Source of the DNA: Paraspadella gotoi
Taxonomy: Eukaryota; Animalia; Chaetognatha
Reading direction: 5' to 3'
DNA length: 64,000 bases
Assembly: GCA_051294375.1 (NCBI GenBank)
Contig: CM119266.1
Coordinates: 20,280,341 to 20,344,340, forward strand
The translations under genes were made by a program, and so were the position numbers. Below the pieces are notes generated by a model, which searched no databases, had not been told where the DNA came from, and saw only the letters and a program-made list of their open reading frames with translations. Of this stretch, positions 26,551 to 41,470 are shown piece by piece (position 1 is the first letter of the stretch; each line of letters begins with the position of its first letter).

Positions 26551-29500
26551 CCGAATAATAGCAGCCCATGCACGTATACTATATTCTTTGTAGTCGAGAA
26601 CTTAGAAACACCTGTTCTTGTGCGGCCGACGTGTAGAACGATGTGAGAGCAGGATACTGATTAAAGAAGATCTCTTCGTAGCTGCCACGAATCTGTTAGC
26701 ACAGTTCCACATGTTACACAACAAGCATTTGCACCGACAGACCAGATTAGCAGTGACGAGACCGAAGACCCCGAGCACCACCCACACTCCGTTAGAGGGG
26801 CCTCCCAACACATGGGAGGTCCCTCAATAAGTCACGAAGCGCATCGCATTGCCAGTAATAACGTTTGTATATCATGTTATCCGTATCTTAGTGAATGATT
26901 ATTAATAGACAATGTGATTATAATCTGCTCTCTGGCGGTAAAAACAGTCATCTCTAATTTTTTTCACAAGAATATCTCAAGAGTGTAAAATTTCGCTGAG
27001 GATAGCCAGTGAGTAGATGTAAATATGTAATGCCTATGTGCATCCGCGTAGAGATTTTGCGCACTTCTGCTGTGTTTACCGTGACCTTTGCTATCCAGGT
27101 AGACTCCAGCACTTTCCCCGAAATGGCTTCTGTGACTCGAGAGTACTTTCCCGTCACTTTGTCACGGTGAGTTTTCGTACCGTCACTCCTGCACGTCTCT
27201 GGTTCTCGTCATACATATACTCCTCCTCCTCCTCTTTCTTCATCCTTTCGTTCCGATGTCCTCTGCGCCGACTAGTTCCTTCTCATTCTGTCCCAACTCT
27301 GACGCCAAACGTCGTCTAGCGTCGCTTCTCTCCTTTCCTTACAGAAAAACGAGTGTACTCATGAGTGACAAGAGCATGCAGGAAGAGGAAGGAATATATG
27401 GAAAATTTGAAAATGGAAATCAAGAATTCAAGAACGTGTCACAGCTAAGGGGAAAAAAACGCAACCTACACCACCGCGCCCGCTACTGTAACTAACACAT
27501 AATACATATATAACTCGCTCACACACCCCAAAGAAAAGAAAGCAACAGCAAAGCAAAGGTCAAAGAGATATGAAAGAAAGAAAGTAAAGAAAGAAAGAAG
27601 ACCTCCAACGTCAAAGACCACAAAGCCAACAAAGAATAAGACCAGTGAAATCTACTCCCCAATAACTCAACAAAACTACATAAACAATGAATGCTGCCTC
27701 GTCGAGCTATATAAACTAAAACAACACTCCAGTACACCCTTCTCAATTAGTCACGCATTGATTACTACATTCATAATTAGCTTCCTCAATACTCAAATTC
27801 TCATCACCTGGCATCTGCACCAGAAGATAAGAATCACAACCATAAGACGCGGCTCGTACTTATCTACAGCCTACAAACGCCTATGCGCGCCAGCCCATTA
27901 TGCGCGAACCCTCGCTGTCAACTTACGGCCGCGATCGTATGAATCTACATCAATATTGTCCGTTGTCTAGGCGTTGCCGTCTTTACTCCAGCGTTCGTTC
28001 ATATCATATTTCCTCTTGATTATCTGCTCTGCGCCCTCTAGTGTTCATCTCCGCTCACTCGTGCAACCTCCCTTTTTTCTTACTCCCCCATATACCTGCC
28101 CCCTTCCCCTCATCTCGTTCTTAGAGTGTAATAGTTAGGACCGCGAAGCGAAGGTGTGTCCCAGAGCTCTCTTTTAAGGATTTTTCGCGTTTCCCACTCT
28201 TGCCGCCTGTCTCGATATGTGAACTGTCTGAGGATTTCGAGTGGGTATGACCGTACTTACGCGCTCTCTGTGTCCTTCGGCGAGATACTCATTAGAGTGC
28301 GTGCGTGAGCTCCACGGGAATCGCAAGCGGCTTGATCTCAGTAGTGGTGGATAAAAACGAGGAGCAAATGGTGATGTGCAAGCCCTGAGCGACGAACGCA
28401 GGCAGTAGGACCGGATCGCGTCTGGTGCGGATTGAGCAAAACACGCATCAACCTTCGAGACATACAGCCTGAGAGCCAACAGACGATGATTGGTGTGACC
28501 CGATACTTCGGTGCTGTGGATGACGACATGACTGCTCGTGGGTTGAGCACTCTAGAAATCCGAATAATCTCGCTGGCGGTAGATGTTCTTTGGCTCTAGA
28601 GATGTCGCATGCCGCTTCCTTAGACCGATTGATTGTATTTCCTTAAAGTCTAATTTATTTATTTAACAAAGATACGGTTCATTCCATAGTGTTGCGCACT
28701 CCTACAATTATATTTTTTCATTTACTCTTATTTTATTTCAAAATAAAAGGCCGGCCGCCGAGTTTAGTCGCTTAAGATTGATTTTTATACAATTTCTTTC
28801 ACTGGATGCCAAACCTTATAACCTTATTTAAGGTCCAAGCTTTCTATTTAAGCGTTTGCTGTTTTCTTTACTTGTTACTATTCTTTCTAATATACTAATA
28901 TACAAATATGCTTCTTTCTCGGTTCAACTAGTATATCTTCGGATACTCCGGACTCCTCATTTTCTAATTCGTCTTTCGTCTGTTTTTCTCTTCTTATTCT
29001 TTGTACTGGAACCCGACCGATATCCGGTACTACATACACACACAGAGCTCGACGTCCACGTGACTAGTCGCATATTCGTCGCCGGCCCGGAAAGCAAGCA
29101 GGATGTGTAGGCGGCAGCAGAGGGACAACCTACCTGTGCCTCAATGTACCAGCGGGGCATAGACGACGACCGTGCTTTGTCAGTCGGTAAAGGTCGGATG
29201 AGTTGCTTGTGAGAGTCAGAGCGCGTATAAAGAGACTATGTTGAACTCGAGATCACCTGCGTTTGGTTACAGAGTCTGCAGATTGGAGGCATTGATTCTA
29301 ATATGTTGACGCTCCTTGCTCGCCTGTGCACCGTGAGTTACTACAGCGCGCAGATTTAGAGGCGGACCAATCGTATATTATAATGATCACAGTGAACATG
29401 ATTATTAATGCGCTGGACCTAGAAATGCTTTCTGGTTGAATTCATCGTTGCATCAAATTTTATCTTTAGTGTGCTCACAATTAATTGTCGCACTGTTGCT

Positions 29501-31689
29501 TAAAGTGAGTTACTCTTGTTTTCTCATTTTAAACAGAACCTCGGAGGTAATTCCGAATTGGTGTCTTTGACGGCGCAGACTTCAAGATAAAAGCCGCGTC
29601 TCTTTTACTTCTCGTGCCTCAGTTTCGTGTGAATGATCACTCGGATGTACATTTGAATGAGCGGTAAAGACAAGGCACTGTGCCATTGGAAATTCTCCGA
29701 TTAGATATTCTCTATGTAGAATTGGCTACATACTCAACCCCTATAAGAGCAACCATATCCATTCAGTTTACTGACAAACGAGCCTATCATATAGCCCTTG
29801 GAGACTTTGGAACGCTGTGGTGTTAAGGCCTCCATCAGCGTCTACAGATATAGATATACATAGCGAAAGGTCCTCTGCAGAGCTTTCAATCAACGATCAA
29901 TCTCGCACAGCTCCTCTCTGAAATTCACTCGCAGCGAACACTGACCTGAGCTGCCCTATCACACTGAAGCTGAGATACTTCTAAGCCAAGCCAAAGAGCA
30001 TAGGCGCTAGAGTGCTCGATTACAGGGGCAGATCTCACAGACGCCGCCGGTCTGGAACGCCGTTCACACGCACCCAACCCAAAGTTCGATAAAGAGCAAT
30101 CGGCGAAACCTGCGACCATTCAAGTGCACTCACAGAGGCAAATACTCGCCCTCATTAACCGAGACGCTGCCGAAGGGTTAAGTTTTTTTATGTAACGTTT
30201 CTGTGATGAACAATCACGAGTTTTAAACTCTATACTTACAATTGCTCCTGAGTGAAGCTTTAAAATTATCGGTCGGGCATAGGTGCATAAACTGGAGATG
30301 TAAAGACCATCAAACTCAATGGTATAGAAGGCCATGAACCCAGATAGACACGAACACAATCAAGACCACGTCACACAAAGTAGATCAAAAAAAAATAATT
30401 AAATTACGGACTTTATATCGGGATAATCAACTTGCACCACTCCTGAAACATACCGGGCTCTATTATTGGTCATAGTGTCACCGAGTACGTTCCTATACTT
30501 ACATGAGCTCAACACAAGTTGGCTATTGAAATACCACTAGATTAAGTCAGTTATCCTAATGTATAAGAGATTATCTCCGTTCTCTAAGTGAATATAAGAG
30601 ACGAACTCTCTATTCGCGGGTGAGTCTTGAAGACGTAGGTTTGTCCTTCAACCAGACTGAGAAGAGAAGAGAGCAAAAAATATTTTGGAATGCGTTTCAG
30701 TTGATGATTAGAAAGCTCTTCCGCTTCAGTAGGTTGCTTCACACAAATAAAGAACATCAGATGTCACTCTCATGTTATATATATATTAAAGTTCACTAGA
30801 ATAATGATAGTCCGAGAGAAAACCCATATTAGTAGATCAAAGAGACTCATCGAAATTTCATACGCTGATTGTCAATTACACCAAGATTGGTAGTTCTCCT
30901 CAAATGATATTCTTTCTTAGCGGTAACACATGTTATTTCAAGTGTAAATTTCTCATCCAGCATGTTCGTTCGCCTATTATGAAGATTAATCCAAAATGCC
31001 GTTTTTATACAAAGAAGAATAACAAAAAGAATTCGAATATTCTCGTTCAGAGAGAGTTACCATATGATTTGCTTTTCTTTGACTGTATTGGGTAAATAAA
31101 AATAATTCCATTAACCCATAGATATCAGAATTATTGAATTTGCTTAAAAGCAGCACTTTGTCAAGAAAGGAGGGATTTGAGAAAATCTTAGATGATTTCT
31201 TTATATTTTTTTAGCAAAGTATACACCTTATTAACTTATAATATAATAAAGAAAAAATATAAGTTGGTCAAATTTCTTTAATATTCAAAATTTATAAAGA
31301 CAAAAGTTGTTTCAACTACCATAAATGATTTCTTAAGAACCAAATTTGGCGGCTAAATGAATTTTTCTCCAATTTTTTCAAATATACTTTTTATATCTGA
31401 CAACGTTTCTTACCAACCTCTGAGGCCATCTATGATAATCAGACATACAGAGAAAAGTAGTTTGCCCAATAAAAGAGTGGTTTATCCGCCGAAATTAACG
31501 GCTCATATCTTTTACGCGCACTCGGCATTCTCAACTGGTAGCGAATACGGTGTCCAACTAGGAGTCCACACCCAACTCGACACGTGGACGACGAACCCGC
31601 TTTCCTCACCGCCCACAATAACAACGAGATGACTCATGAATCATTGCTTCCTCGCAGAGAGTCAAACTCCAGAGCGCCAGTGAAAACAC

Positions 31690-33602
31690 ATTGCAATATG
31701 AATTGTTAAGTTGTTGAGGCAATAGAGGCGCCTTCCCATGCTCGTCAACTCTTCTTGACATAAGAGAAAGTCGTACAAATATATTACTGCTGGTGAAATA
31801 TTCACAATTAATCAGATATACAAAAAAACTTTCTATGAAAAACATCGGTCCAGATGCTCTAATTTTAGAAATTGAATGAAATTAAAGATCTTGCGAAGCG
31901 ATCGGCGCCTGCTTTCCCACTATATCTATCAAAAGAAAGTGAAAGTTTAAATTTTCTGAACCGGCGCGCGAAACAAACAAACGATTTCTCACGCCTGTTT
32001 TTTTTTAACAGATGTATTATTTTTTCTCAAACCCCGTTTCTTTTGGGTAGAATGAGATATAGTTGAAAGACAGAGGGCCCGCCATTCGGTGTTGAATACT
32101 AACTATATGCACAACTACGAGTATACGAGTATAGTACAAGAAGTTTACGAGTGGTCACTGTGTATTGCAAAATGAAAGGTTTATGGCGAGAAGGTTTCGC
32201 CACCACGGGTGGACCCTAGTTGACGCTATTGTGTAGGGTCGCGAGAGAAGCGGTTACTGACCAGTCTCTCCCTCTCACTCTCTCTCTTTACTGTGGTCAT
32301 TGGCTTTTTTTTCCAAAACACCTCCAATTCTGTACCATAAACCCTGAAACTAATCCTAAATTTAACCTTAATCTGCTACCAAACTTGTAACTAATTGCGG
32401 CTTCACTCAAAGAATGAGGGATCAATGCGGATGAACCCGAGCAGTGGACTGGGTTACTGCAATCGATATATTTTTAAGGGTAATAATACTTTTAATATAA
32501 CCCAGAAGACGTTAATGTAAAGAGGGCTGCAAGTAAGCAGGGAGAGACTTGCGTAGGCTTCCCGCGACACCTACAACATCGGGGACCAACTAGGGGTCAA
32601 CCCCGTGGTGGAGAAACCTTCGTCGCCAAAGTTCGATGAGGATCATTAAAGCGAGAATATTTACGTTTGTTGCATGTTTCTGAGGTTCCAAAGTCCTGTC
32701 CTTCCACTAAAAAATTAAAATCATCGCAGATTAATTCTAGATTAATTCAGTTTGTACGGAACGAACAAAAAACTACCTCGAGTCCGTCATGGGGCTTCCG
32801 CGAACGAGGCGTTTGGGCACCACGCTGACCGGGGTCGCGGGACTGCGTGCGGCGTCGCCGCGGCTGGCTGCTCGTCGCGCGGCTGGCTGCGGCGTCCCGC
32901 GACTGCTGCGTCGGCGTCGCCGCCTCAGCGTCTGATTCGTCATCCACTAATCCGTTTTGTTTCGGCGTCGTTGCCGGAAAGCAATCCTACCGTCGCCCGC
33001 CGCGAAATAGAGGTTTTTTCAGTCTGTTCCGTGGCTCTGAGATGGATGGATATTGGATAATGGAAGTGGATTGATCATGGTTTAGGACGTAAGGCGACGA
33101 GGCGAATGTTCCTCGTCGCGATGATGATTTTTAAGTGTGACTAAGATCATCGCTAAATTTATCCCGTTGGTCGTAACTTTTTAGTTCGCACGTACACGGA
33201 GTCACTTTGTCCTGTGTCGGTCGTCGGTCGGTCCGTCGGTATGTTCTGTCCGTCAGGTCTGTCCCACTTACATAAAAACCCTTATAACTTGCCTATAGTT
33301 TGTTGCTCATTTTTAAAAATCAAATCTAAGCGACTACTGGCGCCGCCTTTTATTTTTAATAATAATAAAAATAAAAATTAATGCGGCGCAAACACCTTGG
33401 AATAACCGTTCTTGTGTTAAATAGAAAATTTGACTTCGGAATCATCATCCGGCTAGAAGCGGCATCCTTAACCAAAAATCTCCGGATATTCGGACTGAAG
33501 ACTTACCGCGTTGGTAGACTCCGTCCCCTGTTGCGTTGTCCTCGACCAGCGGCGTCGTTTTCTTCGCGCGTCGCGCCGCTCGTTTCGACTTGGCGCAGCC
33601 AT
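31690..33602 (-). other. error-containing duplicate of gene A exons 1-4
   Basis: GCAKSKR at about 33600, DDESDA/AASR repeats at 32770-33035, exon 3 at about 32615-32708. Indels break the frames. The 3' exons lie in very noisy sequence at about 28150-29350. Confidence 0.75.
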
Positions 33603-33974
33603 CCATGACGCCCCAACGAAAAAGTGTCAACGAATATTAAAATAAAAAATTTAAAAAACAAAGGATTAAAAATAAATAAGAAAAGATAAACAAAAAAAAA
33701 TAAATAAAACGAGGTGGAAGATAAACAAATTTCTATGGCGCCCATTTTTTTAAATCGCATCTTCGCGAGTCGAAGAAGAGAGGATCTTGAGAGACGGGGC
33801 GAAGGCGGGGAGAGGATCGAGGGAGGAGATCAGGGCGGGGGAGGTCGAGCGGAGCGGGGGAGAATCGAGGAGGCGGGGGGAGGTTGGTTCTTAGCGAAGG
33901 AATGAGCTTTTCATTTATCCGAGTGTAACGGACACACGGACAAGGAAGACAGTCGCTCGTTTTTTCAAACAGAG

Positions 33975-34011
<37 letters not shown>

Positions 34012-34595
34012 TCTCTCTCTCTCCTCTCTCTCCTCTCTCTCTCTCTCTCTTTCTTTTTGCTCTTTCAGAATCTTTCATACTCAACCAACACATTTCGGCC
34101 CTCCTTCTTATCACCTTTTCCCTTTTTACCCTCTAAACGACTTTCTCTCTCTCTCTCAATCTCTCTCTCTTCTCTCTCTCTCTCTCTCTCACTCTCTCTC
34201 TCCTCTCTCTCCTCTCTCTCTTCTCTCATTCTGCCGGGCGTCGGCAACAAAAAAAACCGGGTGGAAAATGGGCGGATGTCGCGACCTTTTCTTGGCCGAG
34301 AATTTATGACACGTGACGATTTCTGTACCAAAGACGAAGGGATGTTGAGGTGGCGCTGGGGGGAGGGAGGTGGGTAATTTGCGGCGGGCGGGACGTTTTG
34401 AAACGGAGAATAAAAACGGCTGCGGCTGCTGCTGTGGGGACGGCGGATCGGGCGTTGTCATGGGCCATCGAAGAACACATTGAAACCAAGTTTTACAGTT
34501 TCTTATCATTACTTTGTTCTATACATATTGTGATAATTACAGGCATTATTATTATGTAAGTATTTTCAGCGAACTTGGATATTCTGTTCCAAATA

Positions 34596-35083
34596 CAGCA
34601 TGTGCAAAAAAAAACGGGCCACTTTATATCAGCCCTTAAAAATTTTTTCCTGAAAATTTTAATTTTTAAAAAAATTTTAAAATAAAATAACTTTTTTAAA
34701 AGTAAAGAGTTTAGCATAAATTTTATTAAAATCGAGCTATCTGTTTGAGGAACAATAATGTTTTAAAATGAAGTTTCTATAGCAAAGCAAAAACATAAAA
34801 AAAATATTTAATATTATTTATTTAAAAATTTTTTATTATAGATAAAAATTACAAGGGACATCCAGAAGGATATCTTGGATAACGGTTAAACCCAGATCCT
34901 TAAATAATAATTTTAGTTTAAAAAATAAAATGAATGACAAATTAATAATAATAAAATAATAATAAATTATTATAACATTAATTTATTTTTTTTTTTAATT
35001 TTTTTACCTTTTAAAATTTTTTTATGGAGCGTCAGTAATTAAAGTTATCAAGTGGCCGTGTTTTTTTTTTTTGCACATGAGTG
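34596..35083. mobile_element. Tc1/mariner-type MITE (duplicate of 45980-46490)
   Basis: ta|cagcatgtgcaaaaaaaaacgggccactttata ... tatcaagtggccgtgtttttttttttttgcacatgagtg|ta: TIRs with flanking TA and an AT-rich non-coding interior. Confidence 0.7.
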
Positions 35084-35385
35084 TAGTCTGTTGCTCGGTA
35101 AATTGAAAACAAGGATAAGCTGATCATTTTATCATCAAAGCAGGTTGGTAACATTGTTATTATTCCTGTGACAGAGTACCCGAAATGTAGATTTTTTTTC
35201 CAAAATGATGCTTAGATCTCGGTACTACTATTTTGACGCTGACAGAGAAACTGTCGTCACCAAAGCTGCTATGTTACGCCATTTCGGTACTAATAACGAT
35301 AATGCCACACAATTTAATTCATCCTCGTACACCATCTATCGATTAACAATTCTCAAAGTCTCATATAAGTAAAGCCACTTCCTCC

Positions 35386-36807
35386 TCACTCTGCTCGTTC
35401 AGGATTGAAGGACTCGCGATGCAGGGAACCTTAGGTCCTTCAACTCGCTCCAGAAAATCGACGTCCGTGACAGAACGCGGGAATCGCCCTCTTTTTGTCG
35501 CAGACTCGCGAAATCCGTGATGGCCGTAACCCAGCGTATCTGGGCAAGGGTTTAGGTGGGGGGGTGCGTAAGTTAAAAAGAATATAGACAAGGAACTCAC
35601 CTTCGATACTGCTGCGCCCACGAACAGTTTGCATCTTCTCTATGCGTCAGAGAGGTCTAGAACCGATGGTGCATTGAGAATGACCTTAAGACCTCACTTT
35701 GTCTCTCCATCTCTTTTTATTAGCACTCGACGAGGGATCGGCCGCTTGACCAGCTGAATCTCTCGAACCAGCTCTGTTGAGATACCATCGTGCTGCTGCC
35801 CCGGCAGACGGTGGCCCACTTGATGTCAGAAGGACAGCGCCAAGCGCCCTATATTGGTTTCCTGCAGCGGACTCCTGCCTCCGTCGCATTGATGTTGAGG
35901 TTGAGCTGGAGAACAAGGTCGACCAGAAGGTAAGTACTGTAACTATGAGATGCCCTTTTAAGAGCTCGTTATTTTTTAATAAAATATTTCAATTACTTAA
36001 AATATCATGACCCTATCTTAATTCAGATCAATATTTTTTTTAAATTTAAATTAAGCCTTGTGACGATTAATTAGATTAATCTTTTAATATGATATTTTTA
36101 ATCTGAAAAACTCTAAAATTAGAAAATGACGATTACAAACCTCATATTTAAAAACTTAGCCATTTTTTTGTCTAACCATACGTCACTTGGAACGGAAACA
36201 ATAGCAGTTCGTCCTTTTCTATAACTCAAATTGTATTCATCTGCCACTATCTCATACTTTAAATTACATTCAATATCTCTGTTATGCAGAATTTTTGCTC
36301 ATTCTCTTCGGTTTTGCGATTACTGTGAAAAAAAGAATCACAAAGTGATCAACGCAGTGAATGACGTCGGCCACGGATTCGTCCGAACTCTCACGCATGA
36401 ATTTAGCGCATTGTCACGGAAGGAGGCCCGTCCCTTGAGTGCGCACGGTCTACCGCTCAAGCGTCCCATGGCGTCTAGTCGCCGAGTTTTTCTACTTTTT
36501 TGACGTCGTCATCTCCGCAGTAAAATCCCGCTGTCGACGTCTTTGTATCGATAAGCGACAAGAAACATGTAAACTGGTTGGTCTCCATGTATGTCCTTTG
36601 AAGTAAACGTAATGTATTAAACTTAGAATTATCTAAACCTTATTTAAAGAATTATCCCCTTAACTCCAAGACATAGTGACACATTTACACGTTGACCATT
36701 TCCAAAACCGCCGCTACCGAGTTTTGGGGGCATATTAACGTAATGTATCCGCCATGCTCTGGACTCGAACTCCATACTTCTTTGCTTTTTGATTTGCCGC
36801 AACCCAT
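35386..36807 (-). other. error-containing duplicate of gene B
   Basis: atgggttgcggcaaatcaaaaagc at 36807, AGAAARWYLNRAGSRDSAGQAA at about 35740-35805, VTDVDFLERVEGPKVPCIA at about 35415-35470. Frameshifting indels relative to 46802-48209. Confidence 0.8.
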
Positions 36808-39399
36808 AATACAAAAAAATTTTAACACTAATCTTTAAAAAAAAATTAACTGAAAACAATCCAAGACAAGGATACGAAGTGGTTTTAAGAGCTTAAGTCC
36901 TTAAATGCGTCCCACATTTTAGCTTCGTAAGTTTGTAATTAAATGGTGTGGTTCTTGCTACATTTTGCGAATGTTTCATTTAATAGAAAATTAATAAACA
37001 TTTGTAGGCAAGGATTATATAATAAAAAGTAAAACTGTGTATACTTTCCTCAGTTTTGGTCTACACTGCTCTAATAATAAACAAAGCTTCTCATACCTTT
37101 TCTACCTCAACCACCTTCTTCTCCTACCTCGCCACCACCCTGGCCCATTCTTCCGACCTCTACGGATGTCTCCTTCTCTTTAGCCTTTCGTTCCGCCCCG
37201 CTGGCTCTGGAGAAGATTGATTACTCTCGCGAGGGCCGAGGCTGACTAAAGACGACCGTCTCGGGTTTCAGGCGGAGCACGTCTAAGGACCTGGAGAGAT
37301 TTCAAAGCAGCTCGGGCGACGTCAGTTTTTTAGGCGGAGCACGGTCTCGAGACCTGGAAGAGGTTCGAAGCAGCTCGGGACGTCAGTTTAGGCAGAGCAC
37401 AGGTCTCGAGACCTGGAGAGTTGAAAGCAGCTTCGGACGTCAGGTTCCTCGGAATCCTTCTCATTCGTTCATCGTCCGTCCTCTCGACTCGAACGTCAAA
37501 AAACTGTCGACGAATTCACGATGGTCACGTGACCGCACTGCGACACCCAACCAAAGTCACTTTCGGTCGGTCGGTCTGTTTAGCCACGTGACAAAATAGA
37601 ACTATGGCCACACGTTGATCACAAAGTAAATGCGGTGATTGTATGTGTAATATTTTAGTTTTTTAGCTAAAACTGCAGATACTTTGTGATTAACCATAGG
37701 ACGCAAGTTATCCAGATCACACTTATAAAAAATCACCACGGCCGCAAAACCTTTCTATGTTTCTTGCGCCGAAATAGTTCCTCGTTGCGTTTTGCCACAA
37801 CTCCACTCTCAGGCAATCGTCACGCCTTACAACAAAACTCCATCCAAATCTCTTCTCCAGGCTTTTTTTTTTTTCTCTTTTCACTGCCACATCATTTCCA
37901 CACCCTGACTTCTCTCGATCTCTCTCGGCCTCTCCATCGCGTCGACGTTCCTTCTGTTTCCTTTAATGACGCCCGACCTTCGCGACACCCATTGTTCTCC
38001 CTTCAGCCAGCCCACCATTAACTGGCGACCTCTTATTTTCCCCTTATTCTTATCCTTTATCGGACTACGGGGGGGGAGAGTGGGGAACGGGGGGGGGGAG
38101 GGAGTGAGGGAGCGGACGAGGAGACCCGTGAACAGAGAGTTGAAGTGTGAGAGAGGCGTCGCCGAACGAAACCGGCTTCAGCTTGCCGGAATGTCGAATC
38201 CTCGATTCTCTTTTTTTTTTCCCCTTTTTTTTTATGACAAGATCTGCCCAACATTTAGCCACCTTTCGCCGAGACAGCGCCAAATTGTAGATGAAAAAAA
38301 AAACGTTTAAAGAGATCGCACGAGGGGGGGTAAAGGTTGGCGAGGAACGGAGGCGTGGCGAGATTTCTATCAGTGTTCAAACGAGGGGTGAATCGCTCTG
38401 GGCTTCAGAATGCTTTGGGAGGAACATCAAACAAATGCGAATCCCTTCGCCGATCGCCACTGCCCCGTCCTCCGTTCCCCTCTCTCCTCTCTCTCTTCCT
38501 TCTCTCCTCCTACTCTCTTCTTCCTTTCTTCTTCCTCCCTCCCTCTCTTTCTCTCTCCCCCTCCTCTCTCCTCTATCTACACTTCTACGCGTCACCTGCG
38601 TCTACTCGGTATTCCCGCAAAAAAACGCCGATTTCCGGCACCCGGAAAAAAAATCTTGCGTTTCCTTCCGATCAATCAGTCGACTCGCGGCGGCGGTCGG
38701 CGCGGCGGCGGCGGCGGCGGGCGGCCGCAACGACGACCGCGATTCAGTTCTGTCTCGGCGGGGCGCGGATGCGGGCAGGTGGCGCAGGTGGCAGCGATTG
38801 GCGCCGCCAATTCGGGAACAAGAAATAACGAGATGCATTACACCTTTAGGACCTCGAAACAACCAGAAGAGAGACGGACGACGACGAACCGACGACAGAC
38901 GGCGACAAAAGAGGCCCGTCACGGTAAAGGGAAATCTGAAACATTCTCATCTCTTCTCTCTGTGTGCATCTTGTTTTTTTTGCCATTTCGTGTCTCAAAT
39001 TTAATTGCGCCAATTTTGATAATCATTAGTTTTTTGTTTTACTTTCTTTGGAAATATTTAAAAAATTTTTTTTTGTTTAACTCAATATTATGAGGACGTT
39101 GAATAGTTGAACAGTGAACTGAATTTCGATTACCGCTTCGTGGCCAATTGCGACATTTTGGCAACGCGAAGTCAGAATTTTGAAAAAATCGTTTAAAAGC
39201 GAAAAGAGAATGAAATTTGCGAATCGCAACTGAAGATTTTTCGATTCCATCTTTTCCCTTCGTTGTTGTTATTGTTGTTGTTGCTTCTTTTTTTTTTTAA
39301 TGCAAAACGAAGTTTCGACGTCGCGAGTCATAATTCGGTTTTCCTCTCAAATTATCGAGTTGCGGAAATATTTTTTTTGGATATGTTTTAATGGTGACG

Positions 39400-39400
39400 G

Positions 39401-39477
<77 letters not shown>
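39400..39477. repeat. (GAT)n microsatellite
   Basis: Perfect gat run. (GAC)n runs follow at 39911-39960 and 40231-40287. Confidence 0.95.
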
Positions 39478-39908
39478 ATGGAACATCAAATTGATGCGAT
39501 TCTTTTAAATTTACAAAACTACAACACTTTATTGTTATTTGCGTCATCGAAGGAAAAAAAATGTATCGACTCGATCCTGGATCGAATCGTTTATTCATCG
39601 CGAAGCAGAATCGTGAGATGACAGAGATCAAGACATTTTCATGTAAGGATCAGGAATATCGACGGCGACGACGACGACGACAGATAAGACAAAGAAGCAA
39701 TCGCCCAAGTGGAAATTAAGATGTCGTTGACTTCGTCGAGAAAAGAAGTAATATGACATCGACAGAGAGAGAGAGAGAGAAGAGAGAGAGGAGAGAGAGA
39801 GAGAGAGGAGAAGAGGAAGAGAGAGAGAGGAGAGAGAGAGAGCAGAGGATAGAGAGAGAGAGAGAGAGAGATACACAGTAAGACGACATTCCGACTTTTG
39901 GGCGAATC

Positions 39909-39963
<55 letters not shown>

Positions 39964-40229
39964 CGACGCGCACCGGCGACCATCTCGATTTTGTTGGAGG
40001 TGACACTTGATTGGTTGCGGAGTCTTGCCGCCTCTTATTGCGCCGCGCGCCCCTTCGTTGCTTCCTCTCCGCCGCCGCGCGCCGATCCGCGCCGCCGCAG
40101 CCGCCGAGCCGCCGCCGCCGAGCCGCCGCCGCCCACGACGACGACGCGAACCAGAACCTCTGAGTTTGTGTATCAGGTGCCGCGACTTAATTCAATTAAG
40201 CGGAATTGAAATAATCCAACGTCGCCCGA

Positions 40230-40286
<57 letters not shown>

Positions 40287-41379
40287 AGCGAAGAAAAAAA
40301 ACCTGCGAACCTAATGTTTCTTTCCTCTCCAGTTTCGAGATGAGAGCTTTTTTTCTTTTTTTTTTCGTTTTTTTTTGGTCAACGTTAATTTTTTCAATGA
40401 CGAGAAAAAAAATCATCGTTCAGATTCGTCGATCAATCAATCGATATGACTCTTCTCATATATATCTCAATACGTGATGTGCGTCGTATGTTCCCACACT
40501 GTCGCTCTTTCCGCCACACTAACTGCGGATAGACGCCTCCCCGAATTCGACCGCTTCGTCCTCCACGCCCCCCTTAAAAAAAAAATTGGTTCGATTGTGG
40601 CGCGAATCCTTCATATTTTTTCGTCTGCTTTTTGGCGTCGCGTCTCGCGCCTCCGATGAAGAAGGCGTCGTTGTCGTCGTCGAGGCATTTCGCCTAATGG
40701 TTGCGCGTAAAGCGATAGTGTCACGAATGCAGGCTGAGGTTCTAAGGCCCTCCGCCCTAATGTGAGAAGCGACAGTGAAATTGAAAACCTGTCTTGTCGG
40801 GACGTGTAAACGATGGAGAGCGATCTGATAAAGAAGTCTCTCGTCTGGCCACCGAATCTTCCACATTCCACATTTAACAATCAACATTTCCTCACAATCC
40901 GATTCCTAAACGTTTATATCATGTTCTATTTATTAATGATTATTAAATTATTATAATCTGCTTTTGCGGTAAAACAGTATCTTTTTTTTCCAGAATTTCT
41001 CAAGTTAAATTTCGGCTGAGATGATATATGTAAATATGTATCCTTTCTCCCTTAAGGTTCCCTTCTTTCTTTTTCCTCCTTTCTATCCAGTACCCACCTT
41101 TCCCCGAATCTTTCTGTCTCAAGTCTTTTCCCTCCTTTCTCACTATTTTCCTCCTCCTCCTCCTCCTTCTCCTCCTCATTCTCCTCCTCCTCCTCCTCCT
41201 TCTTCATCCTTTCGTCTGTCCCGAATTCTCTCACGTCCCAAACTCTGACGCCAAACGTCGCTAGCGTCGCTTCTCTCCTTTTTACAGAAAAAAGTAATAA
41301 GAGTGAAAGAGAGAGAGGAAGTATGGAAAAAAGAAAAAGAAAGAAGGGAAGGAAGGGAAAAAAAGGAAGGTAGAACTAA

Positions 41380-41382
41380 GGA

Positions 41383-41466
<84 letters not shown>

Positions 41467-41470
41467 AAAG
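41380..41470. repeat. (GAAA)n microsatellite
   Basis: Perfect gaaa run. A (TTTC)n run lies at 42140-42228 within a gene A intron. Confidence 0.95.

Larger units (their letters stand above)
20310..38950. other. redundant copy of 38965-50350; 20740-32100 resembles an uncorrected insertion-rich long read
   Basis: Colinear anchors: 20310=38965, 21720=40070, 26600=40780, 27300=41247, 29390=42550, 32150=43420, 38945=50347. The noisy part is about 1.45-1.55x longer than its partner. Confidence 0.88.

Noticed and set aside
20740-32100. Complex-looking unique sequence with many 60-110 aa ORFs, superficially like a viral or foreign insert
   Set aside because: It aligns by anchors to 39.4-43.4 kb forward and 45.6-48.4 kb reverse. 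The complexity comes from random insertion errors.
35386-36807. Frameshifted gene B copy as a true pseudogene
   Set aside because: Differences are mostly single-base indels spread over exons and introns alike, as expected from read error within the redundant block.
38291-39093. 227-237 aa + strand ORFs (and 49738-50415)
   Set aside because: They run through CT microsatellite and GGC/GAC repeats and are not frame-conserved between the two copies.
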